From contig CAYSFB010000002.1 of the NCBI GenBank assembly GCA_964430735.1, forward strand, positions 94,027 through 158,026: DNA of 64,000 bases. Reading direction: 5' to 3'. Shown one piece after another: positions 60,101 to 64,000 of this stretch. Position 1 is the stretch's first letter. The number at the start of each line of letters is the position of its first letter. Under the pieces are notes generated by a model. It was not told where the DNA came from and searched no databases. It saw only the letters and a program-made list of their open reading frames with translations. Made by a program: the position numbers and the translations under genes. This DNA is from an uncultured Planctomycetia bacterium. Its GTDB lineage: Bacteria; Omnitrophota; Gorgyraeia; 2-02-FULL-51-18; JAGOUK01.

Positions 60101-61447
60101 CGCCGTGAGCGGCAGTCCGGCCGAAACATCCAAGCGCCGGACGGTATCGATCCAGCGGCTTCCGGCATTGTCCCTGAACCAGGACCGGACCCGGACATAC
60201 TCGGGATGACTCAGCTTGAGGCCGACCAGCTTCCGGATCAGCCCGAATTGCCGGGCGGCATCGAGCAATGCTTTTTCATCGGCGGTCTTCGCCAAACGGT
60301 TCTCGACGTTCTCCTGCCATTCGGCGATTTGAGTAATGAGCTCTGCGAGCTGGATGCGCTCATACAGGAAGACGTACCGCGCATACAAGGCCAACTGGGG
60401 ATAGCGGGTGATCCGGACACCCGCGCTGCGTGCCGTGCGAATCAGGAAGTTGTGGAACTCTGCGGTCGACGCCTTGCCGCGGCGGTACTGAAGCGTCTTC
60501 CATGCCAGGTGGCGGGCGCGCCGGGAGTCTAGCGTCTGTGCCAGCACGCGGAACAGCATTTCGCGTTCCTGGGCGGCTTGGGAAAAAGCAATGCGTTCTT
60601 CGATCGCGGCCGTGCGCTGCCATTTGCGGATCTCGCCAAAACCGTCCGGCCGGATGCCGGCAGGCGCGGCGGCGCCGGTCAGGCGTTTCCAGGACTTGCG
60701 CGAGTAATCGGCGTGCTCGATCCAGCGGCGGGCCTGAGCGCGGAATACCCGAAGCGGCCTCGAAAAAACACGGGCTTCCAATTTGTTCAGATAGGCATCC
60801 ACTGCCTGCATCGGCTCCGCCAGCCGCGTCTGACGGACGGCAACCCTGCGAAACGCCTGAAGGTTGCGGCGATAGAGCGTCTCTTCTTCTGCGCCGTACA
60901 GCGCGACGTTCCTGCCGGTATCAGTGATAATCGAAAAATATTCGCCGGCGGAGATCTGCCCGCTCTTCAACAGGAACTCACCTGTCTTTTTACGCGCTTC
61001 AGGACTCGGCAAACTCGAAACCACCGACGTATCGACCGTACCGCCCGCGCCTTCCAGCGCGACCATCCCGAGACCATAGCGCTGCGTCAGCTCTTCGAGG
61101 ATCGAGGCGATGCCGTATTGCGCGCCCATTTGATTGTGGGCGTCCTGGATATTGATGACGATCTCACCGCCCTGGCCGCCGCTCTGACGAACCACCTCGC
61201 CCAAACGGCGGGGAAACTCAAACGGCTTGGCTGCCGGCGCAGCCCACAAAATATCCTGCATCAGCATGGCGGCGACCAACGTGAGTGCGGTCAGGCGCAG
61301 GGCTGCGGGGAACGAGCTTTGCTTCACGCTTGGCTTTGCCCAAAGGTTCTTGAATGATTTGAAGTTCAGGCAAAAGAGATCCCGGTGGGTTTTGCCGGTG
61401 GCTGCTCCTTCGGCTGGAGGAAGCGGGGTCGGTATTTCGTGCGACAT
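48158..61447 (-). CDS. Giant (4429 aa) polytopic membrane multidomain protein (giant B). From the N-terminus: a signal-anchor; a Tiki/TraB/ChaN/erythromycin-esterase-like domain (aa ~90-530); a TM bundle (aa ~785-940); a class-II glutamine amidotransferase (Ntn)-like domain starting at Cys947, plus a SIS-like segment (GlmS-like module, aa ~947-1600); further TM segments; coiled coils; and PBS-lyase-type HEAT-like repeats
   Basis: ATG 61447 with AAGGA 10 nt upstream. Motifs IVINIQDAHNQMGAQYGIASILEELTQRYGLGMVALEGAGG and AALVTGGFHSEG are the His, Glu, His of the Tiki/TraB/ChaN/erythromycin-esterase fold. ...GGGGASACGPYFV...HLRYATIGATHWHNAQP...VVANMNEHNGDMD matches the GltS/GlmS-type Ntn amidotransferase signatures (CG..F, H.R[FY][AS]T...AQP, HNGEI). 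KTIVIGVSTSAQTQSVLVANHL...VITVSQQ resembles a SIS domain. DPNPPVRAYAAWKLG...DSDPTVRSRAAAALGYF are HEAT-like repeats. There are at least 12 hydrophobic TM segments. Confidence 0.85.
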   Translation of the reverse strand: MSHEIPTPLPPAEGAATGKTHRDLFCLNFKSFKNLWAKPSVKQSSFPAALRLTALTLVAAMLMQDILWAAPAAKPFEFPRRLGEVVRQSGGQGGEIVINIQDAHNQMGAQYGIASILEELTQRYGLGMVALEGAGGTVDTSVVSSLPSPEARKKTGEFLLKSGQISAGEYFSIITDTGRNVALYGAEEETLYRRNLQAFRRVAVRQTRLAEPMQAVDAYLNKLEARVFSRPLRVFRAQARRWIEHADYSRKSWKRLTGAAAPAGIRPDGFGEIRKWQRTAAIEERIAFSQAAQEREMLFRVLAQTLDSRRARHLAWKTLQYRRGKASTAEFHNFLIRTARSAGVRITRYPQLALYARYVFLYERIQLAELITQIAEWQENVENRLAKTADEKALLDAARQFGLIRKLVGLKLSHPEYVRVRSWFRDNAGSRWIDTVRRLDVSAGLPLTAEDERRLVRALPDARRFYQLAIRRDRMLLENTLKKMRQDGVRTAALVTGGFHSEGLSQLMKDGQVSHLVIMPKFDPKDGERPYLTLLTRRPSQIREQLDGSRFTLSAPLERFTPEWLGQQANLRETVALLAVSARLVGADLLKSENSDPYLQQLERAWKHSGRTGVSPEKVRRELGGIRRVQKIGTPSGPAYAVTFGDGAELQVPVTPKGEIAGLPKAVQIDTTRLNPVFIRPALLQPDTSKEGPPAARRLSDRRPPPAAAASHAAPKKSAPRPAGSLKLRTVQEGDADVEAYLNQFPPPAAKKSPLPAAAARMASGVWNGLIRRALPEAAAAAVAVSFGSAVFLLPQGWPLVLGLAVFFRAVNAAAFLAHGSGHALNAATVGAPVASSDFIREGVSWGDVGASLIPFAPVPQALASVVSLEKIAGGPARRWTALGGIAFNTATMAAAAAVSGWASDFSGLGHSFLNFAAYSVAAVSALTAVSLPDLGVIFGGGGASACGPYFVIRLRPAGEKSVSVLSGRTLELSNILSRHASTRGGQSAGYVMFAQIGKSVNLLFDKLVKGKRRKIVDVLAQNLNTFLEAVTAKGYRALKRFEAIFIHLRYATIGATHWHNAQPVWHEDPVLLKHFKVDLSNATRAVSAEKLVVANMNEHNGDMDAVRMKLRFGGVLETRTIIQNDSSSRRHARAFFVNAMPRSSSKGDSDSKTTAEYVDFNLTQGLLGKSLRHAWFSRVPNFEDVVDGKFKRPPFDGWESRIEGDVARLLGRTAAQILAPGAADLSGALPEVREDFRAIVRRRVGREIPADRLEEFVQLAEEAFFDHSLQWVMASIAREFEGTFALQVVTTLERRVGIYNYTQSFSIGVNPARGEIVGSAEPMGVTSALATGRLEDDARQVMLRSGQYALVELAAEKVTYGADSNTVRIYDVQEDAPNRLQDPRGENPWFPVHGNQKIDVPSPGADWANMDELKHNLRDIPYVAAAVRDSVRPGKRNHAPMQYLRRLIRDKAQARAGKVDGDEDQSGAYDLIFHGVDHNEELLDQQIQLMRDAAPHLNIVKMNSGQFIRFLKRAQNQKNRGLKTRGINDKTIVIGVSTSAQTQSVLVANHLARKFQNAPRATVANPGRVITVSQQLFNAASEAAGQGYMPGDPVLPITFQTLSHLTREGKYRMRWNEAATVEVAATKAALTEIFMGIMDELVTIHEETGRRPFGLQEEISRQDLRGFRAFQQVSYGLELPERVGVTSADARTESPQLAVLESAARYRADNVTEWVDAYVPFALYVIVSSTIGWGAFSFLMPWVPAHVIGALNGVFALFALWIGHLVIRTSHGRPLFDRMGPKPEVFIDRGPVASIVDRYNATLFSLAFSFLTPITWGADIVRGALHRFGIVSHRGVVTIHRITDERLGEEVALEAQDANTVLGQIGGIEFNYGRPQAHIKVREGSAFSKRQIRPDSPPLTILSDHMGPLRAKYNGRLSRYGLDWINRFLLDLSDGIVAEMWIGYRQASLISGVFEKHLQTLFGKRIGTGLARVLGVQRAFEPGNTVNEAKTQSTQHPVGAGSTSLPTMSYRNPNAPSADSVPEEMPSQALVQIQDNGFILITTEEDGETRDYLLEPAGDGYQGVKDETREWRAEWNVSGSTPQLIVRENGNPLFAVKASGLSSDQLAVLLRAHAPSRGSGLLRRMRQMVTAGSLAVLLGLAAAGSAAAQQPAPTPTPAPNPADNPALQEYLDALNAVYDQMRQESQAQIDRQIQDFQSAQTRNAANGASGPAVPAPAPIDNSFASPSVSPAQGPEPFIMRPSDDPSRYLPSMKRSNPGSRKTAGSLNLDDPQGLGRFFESENGLLNPAPLSGGADTFLAQIIPGDEASNPAADDKPSVQSAPAPAASARSSAPAARPDSAADKGPDRLSAGTIRALLAVAGLALVGAIYWVGWIASTMMRRPAVRWAAGLTAALAFYGLLPRSAEMPDAPAAPAAGVQPAAPAPAPHADPVQPKAEPVRANPEIEKWRLRQADLDNQRFLQEVMVIEAETGLNRKREELRSAQASLTRWTDERTKDAAERRVRVEKALEEVKHHILNNGTIHELGMPAPRTYTVAEMFQGFADHPLTRIRPVERLAAEQRESLGLVFDSARKLFTLPASREAGSLPVDLAPDTPVLILNRNKQPALYEVKLGVAISGGDPWTALDKAAWEGKEASEAKAVRVPMEEKIRQLESEVNSRQQELERQKEALKILEADLEEAAQKLKELEPPAGMRSASGARMAEYHNPLLDFAGQIFRTARHAVLWTLLLFTGGYAWFHPETFSDKPFGALEQRLNPGGEITLTFPPRQGFAGNSAAITPSAPAAGPAPSQTEAARPDLSKPEVRARYDAQLTAMIDGDLADSAIKSVLTPFLKQWSSRYRLIEAERTNYDAEFFASFQSKTKHTWQFEEALRSIYQKGAASAEEYHHYMRTKIDMTAEYEAKMTEFKTRLQELEEERISILFRLLDHKPIAMEARIRLIGFMTQNHRGDIRLVNPLCHLYEGLDDQFTRDDLHTPEKARAYMNYLRAIDDALRGVGPAALPKLMDVWRGDDPAGRQPGSGREADRMMYRGTPTAAALHDLLSDLGAPIQEIYNHTVPTPLPDFGFESDAHDYDNHASQRWTLQEYQRRDRGRGAAVFPIRSDEDAERKAAFEAAVVSGRLEGLIPVITDPNPPVRAYAAWKLGASGNPRYEKYVRWLIHDSDPTVRSRAAAALGYFTVNGDANARDPKILDMLQSLNTFSNEDIDSRVDIVRGFGTLKNQQKALHLLSIVLGVGSEEIEKDLRTLWKDPAEWEEVRKYRERIFNTERPQPEQPYVQLQALRVLAQIGDSRAFDINRRYWSSLHDARMLWNALPYGNRERMVTSAEALLEHLAGALEGHMEPAVLESLEREEGQTHAQQIYMRKILKKVNPERYRELMSGSVWEMRLLSFLEYWRVTQWLWYWLPAFLFVVELGTLLAVRIVRLVKTGPSGYAPNPNPGEPKARAVLTFGAELIRSGAGLLHRSAPEERPEPAAAEAVTASAAATATVERQEAAEEPAAFSGSPESAHPTSQILWGHALQAAGSAALAAAWFLLHPLWSGVLMPVLRRPFTLFFLGAAVYGGVTLYKRTQDLPKVPVNVPKAAQSLSVEPAPAAPAPAVSTPMQPAKDEPTPLPPLPPLNPPAAAPKADPEVLRRKAEIEAQIIGQRTKLGELRDQQKELESRFASFQAEVRPSTGLAAWTQMETGVWTQVPSSELAERLVVNNGNIGYLPDNSRPADVRPIRFSATDGLRETLQRAVTLAAQRTLDADWERLAQFRTRSRAIIDRLRAAPGFESNAAAQKYVSTLQDSAWIGHPFISGMTSHLSTDPYALNYAIFNHSYMAGVRPIGELFEKWDQKALKAIGVAKKENSTDFRYGGFTLPRETLCVVAGPMQAGNPNELYYVVPGFKKPAVNPQALPDLAPLLKAADAARDAWAAEQQSELQALEENLVRVRAEAAAAERMIEELDQKSRSTAPSSGARLAGKQFAASYLIPASPEPVAVRLPGKLTVGILRSGESKDNIEALWKDAFESIAPYSPGLNSRITVRFLSQSDLEFRGNREGEDALEGIDLMLDRSTVKRPEAVAAILGKLAEQDAADLRIVTPFAEKLLSGENSAKLTSAQLAALVMALARSIPPPAKRLILAGNAGGAPTLAPELAAPAGEIDSIQAADLDPATLAGLLDERLALALMPERQDSAGEAVNRLNAISRKIADYLTGGAESAAALSEAEVQRRASLIAGQTARLRRSRLAVIDRSYRDPLRFDNTDTRTIVTDLEVFIKDGKKGEEGLPFRYRLERAKRLAAQFEQVLLVRDPSLPNLKALRQKYPQTEWYGKNVIFAPGADSVESVTEYDSARRIQGKAAYLLPDPGTFRPETPQGPRRNWILALAPDSKTTVRFLEAGMHVLYKGYEENQGLILGVSWKGGIGIFEFKGDVSRYLEEFVRGARVAYQSA

Positions 61448-61478
61448 GGGGTGTGTCCTTCAAATCCGTTTTTCTTCC

Positions 61479-61547
61479 AGAGCACTTCGATGAGCAAATG
61501 TTACACGCACCATGTAACGGAATCGTTACGGAGGCGTGAAGTGCTCT
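61479..61547. promoter_or_regulatory. Nested inverted-repeat element in the giant B / resB divergent control region
   Basis: Outer 10-bp inverted repeat AGAGCACTTC (61479..61488) / GAAGTGCTCT (61538..61547). Inside it is the palindrome GTTACA-N7-TGTAAC (61500..61518) and a third GTTAC half-site (61525..61529). The element lies 32-100 nt upstream of the giant B ATG. Confidence 0.4.
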
Positions 61548-61713
61548 TTGCGAAATTTATACGGGGTAAAAAACACCCCGGGCCTCGAATGTCCAAAGGC
61601 CTGTTTGAACTGCATAGGAACGGGAACGGTTGATAACCGGCGCTTACTTTGAAGAACGCAAGCACGGCCATCCAGTATCCAGGTGGGGTCTGTCCTGAAG
61701 GCTATGGGTCGAG

Positions 61714-61719
61714 TATAAT
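61714..61719 (+). promoter_or_regulatory. -10 TATAAT located 6 nt upstream of the resB ATG (possible leaderless transcript)
   Basis: The sequence reads gagTATAATgacccgATGaaa. The expected TSS (~7 nt downstream of the hexamer) coincides with the A of the start codon at 61726. Confidence 0.4.
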
Positions 61720-61725
61720 GACCCG

Positions 61726-63489
61726 ATGAAACTAATCAAGACCCTCGGCTCCTTATCGTTTGCCGTCTTTTTAATCTCCGGGCTCACGGGCATTCTTATC
61801 GTGTCCACCTACCTGGAATCCCTGCACGGAACTCCGTTCGCCAAGCGGCACTTTTATGAAGCCCGCTGGTTCGACGTGTTTTTGGGATTGGTGTGGGTGA
61901 ATATTTTTTGCGCCACGCTCACGCGTTGGCCGTTCAAGAAACGCCATGTCGGCTTCATCATCACCCACATCGGCATCCTGACCCTGCTCATCGGAACGCT
62001 CATCACCCGCCTCACCGGCGCCGAGGGCCAGATGACCTTGCTCGAAGGCGAGCAATGGAACCGGCTGCAGCAGACGGGCTCGGATATCTTGGTTTCGCCC
62101 CAGGAAGGCTCCGGTTACCAGTTCCGGCTTCCGCAAAACGCTTCGGACAAACCCCACCGCCTCAAGGTGCCGGATTCCGAACTGAAGCTTTTTTTCCATG
62201 AACTGTCGGACAACGCCGGTTCGCGCCTGAACGTCACGAACGACAATGAGTTCTACAACCCCGCCGTCCAATTCACGCTCGCCAGCGAACGTGTCGGCGT
62301 CCGCCGGCAGGAGTGGCTCATCCTCCGCGATCCCGAGAACCCGTTCGCGGATGAGTTGGAGCTGGGGCCCGCGCGTTTCCGGCTCGAAGACGCGGACGAA
62401 GCGGCGGAAACGGCCGCAGCCGGTCCGGAACTGCACGTCCACCCCGCCCGGCTCGTCTTATATAGGAAAAGCGGCGTCCCCATCGATTCCGTCGAACTGC
62501 CCTTGGCCGCCGGATCGTCCGACCCGCTCCCGATCGCCGACGGCGAATTCACACTGTCGAACGTGCGCTTTTTGACCCACGCCCGCGTCGCCGACAACCG
62601 GCTGGTCGACGAACCGGCCTCCGGCAAATGGAACCCGGCCGTGGAGTTCACCGTCGCCGACCGCAAGGGAGCCAAGGAACACCACACCCGTTTCGCCCTG
62701 TTTCCCGACTTCGACTCCCTGCACGGCAAGGACACGCCGAATATTTTCGATCTGCGCGTCGAGTTGCGCGCGGAAGAACCGCACTCGGCCGCCGAACACG
62801 ACGCCTCGCAGCCGGAACTGGTGTTCGAGGTCCGAGACAAAGGCGAATGGACCTGGAAGTCCAAAAAGAGCGACGGCACCGGCAAATCCGGAACGGTCCA
62901 AAAGGGCGCCACGTTCGAAACGGGCTGGATGGACATGAAGATCACCGTCGACCAGATCCTGCCGCACGCGGCCGTGAGCCGCACGACCGGCCCGCTTCCC
63001 ACGGGCTCCGACGAGGGCGAGACCGGCTCCCGCGTCACCTACGTTGACGCCAACGGCAAAACGCAGGAGGCATGGGTGCTCGTGTCCCGGCCGCTGCCGA
63101 TCCAAACGTCCTCCGGCCGCTGGACACTCAACCTCACCGACCGGTCGCTCGAACTCCCCTTCACGCTCCAGCTGCGGGACTTCAGAAAAATCGATTATCC
63201 GGGAACGTCCAACCCCGCGTCCTTCGAGAGCGACGTGACGCTGTTCGACGCGGCCAAAGGCGTCAAAATCGAGCGCACGATCAAAATGAACGAACCGCTG
63301 GATTACGCCGGATGGCGGATTTTTCAGTCGTCGTACATCCAAGATCCGCAGTTCGGCGAAGCGTCGGTCTTCACGATCGCCAAAAACCCCGGGATCGGCC
63401 TGACGTACGCGGGATCGCTCATTCTTCTGGCCGGTGTCATCACGTTGTTTTACATCCGACCCTTTTCAAGCGGAGACCATGTTCACTAA
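61726..63489 (+). CDS. resB: Cytochrome c biogenesis protein ResB/Ccs1 (system II, CcsB)
   Basis: 587 aa. The N-terminal TM helices carry conserved His residues (...FIITHIGILTLLIGTLI...). A large periplasmic domain follows, then a C-terminal TM helix (IAKNPGIGLTYAGSLILLAGVITLFYIRPF). This is the ResB topology and length. Confidence 0.85.
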   Translation: MKLIKTLGSLSFAVFLISGLTGILIVSTYLESLHGTPFAKRHFYEARWFDVFLGLVWVNIFCATLTRWPFKKRHVGFIITHIGILTLLIGTLITRLTGAEGQMTLLEGEQWNRLQQTGSDILVSPQEGSGYQFRLPQNASDKPHRLKVPDSELKLFFHELSDNAGSRLNVTNDNEFYNPAVQFTLASERVGVRRQEWLILRDPENPFADELELGPARFRLEDADEAAETAAAGPELHVHPARLVLYRKSGVPIDSVELPLAAGSSDPLPIADGEFTLSNVRFLTHARVADNRLVDEPASGKWNPAVEFTVADRKGAKEHHTRFALFPDFDSLHGKDTPNIFDLRVELRAEEPHSAAEHDASQPELVFEVRDKGEWTWKSKKSDGTGKSGTVQKGATFETGWMDMKITVDQILPHAAVSRTTGPLPTGSDEGETGSRVTYVDANGKTQEAWVLVSRPLPIQTSSGRWTLNLTDRSLELPFTLQLRDFRKIDYPGTSNPASFESDVTLFDAAKGVKIERTIKMNEPLDYAGWRIFQSSYIQDPQFGEASVFTIAKNPGIGLTYAGSLILLAGVITLFYIRPFSSGDHVH

Positions 63490-63490
63490 T

Positions 63491-64000
63491 ATGAAAAAAT
63501 TCATCCTTTTCCTCCCCGCGTTCCTGCTCCTCTCCGCCTCCGCCTCTCAGGCGCAACCCGACCTCCCGCGCGAGGTGCGCGAAATCGCGGTTCAGCACAA
63601 CGGACGCGTGAAGTCGTTCGAAGCGTTCGCCCGGCAAACGCTGCGGCTGGTCAGCGGGCGCGAAAGCTGGAAAAAGCAGCCGGCCTCCTCCGTCTTCTGG
63701 TCGATCGCCCTGGACCGTTCGGCTGCGGGCAAACTCGAATTCATCCGGCTCGACCTGCCGGAACTCAAAAAAATCATCGGAGCCGCCGAGGACCGCCACT
63801 ACTTCACGCTGAACGAGCTGGCTCACGCCTACCCGGAAGTGATGCGCCTGGCGCAAGCCTCCAAGGCCAAACGCGACAAGGACGAACGGCCGACGGCGGT
63901 CGAGCAGAAGGCCGAACAGCTTCTGGGCCGGCTGCACACCGTCAACATGCTCGTCTCGGGCGAGCTGTTCACCGTGGTCCCTCCGGATCCCAAGAGCGGT
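63491..64000 (+). CDS. ccsA: Probable cytochrome c biogenesis protein CcsA/ResC, N-terminal part (3'-truncated by the window end)
   Basis: Not in the ORF track because there is no stop in the window. ATG 63491 comes 1 nt after the resB TAA. The product reads MKKFILFLPAFLLLSASASQAQPDLPREVREIAVQHNGRVKSFEAFARQTL... and is open to position 64000. A signal peptide followed by a periplasmic N-terminal extension occurs in many system II CcsA proteins. The gene order resB-ccsA is canonical. Confidence 0.45.
   Translation, partial: MKKFILFLPAFLLLSASASQAQPDLPREVREIAVQHNGRVKSFEAFARQTLRLVSGRESWKKQPASSVFWSIALDRSAAGKLEFIRLDLPELKKIIGAAEDRHYFTLNELAHAYPEVMRLAQASKAKRDKDERPTAVEQKAEQLLGRLHTVNMLVSGELFTVVPPDPKSG

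Noticed and set aside
1-64000. Mobile elements, CRISPR arrays, tRNA/rRNA genes, prophage or integron signatures
   Set aside because: No direct-repeat/spacer arrays, no transposase/integrase/recombinase-like ORFs, and no tRNA-like cloverleaf candidates were noticed. The GC content is uniform apart from the short promoter islands. The giant genes appear chromosomal rather than island-borne.

Overview
This is a GC-rich (~64% GC) bacterial chromosomal segment. About 46 of its 64 kb are taken up by four very large minus-strand genes, and it looks like accessory/surface-proteome territory rather than a mobile element: I found no transposase, integrase, CRISPR array, tRNA or rRNA. A Gram-negative-type cell envelope is implied by the FhaB/TPS-domain exoprotein.

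The four large genes are:
(1) Giant A: an edge-truncated ORF of more than 5,870 codons covering 1..17617. It is absent from the ORF track because it has no stop codon inside the window.
(2) A 1518-aa secreted protein (19888..24444) combining YD repeats, a 10 x 16-aa tandem repeat and a subtilase-like domain.
(3) A 3679-3685-aa exoprotein (32841..43880/43898) with a TpsA/filamentous-hemagglutinin-type N-terminus.
(4) Giant B: a 4429-aa polytopic membrane protein (48158..61447).

Giants A and B are paralogous across their first ~550 residues: a signal-anchor followed by a domain carrying the His/Glu/His motifs of the Tiki/TraB/ChaN/erythromycin-esterase superfamily. Giant B also embeds what looks like a class-II (Ntn) glutamine amidotransferase domain followed by a SIS-like segment, a GlmS-like module, plus HEAT-like repeats. 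Giant A embeds an alpha/beta-hydrolase domain.

Between and around the giants sit ordinary housekeeping genes:
- transketolase (TTG start, followed by a clean intrinsic terminator);
- an AAE-family transporter;
- an 1159-aa cytoplasmic protein, possibly PPi-type PEP carboxykinase;
- a DUF255 thioredoxin-domain protein;
- a small secreted protein with its own sigma70-like promoter.

Two groups of heme / cytochrome c genes lie next to giant B:
- a hemX-like(ccsA-like)/hemA/CPA antiporter/HAD operon, whose four genes overlap by ATGA;
- a divergent resB/ccsA (system II cytochrome c biogenesis) pair.

The intergenic regions are short AT-rich islands carrying recognisable -35/-10 elements. Two genes (resB and the hemX-like gene) have a perfect TATAAT 6-7 nt upstream of their ATG, which suggests leaderless mRNAs.

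Most long ORFs in the six-frame track that overlap these genes are Arg/Pro-rich antisense or out-of-frame artefacts typical of high-GC DNA.
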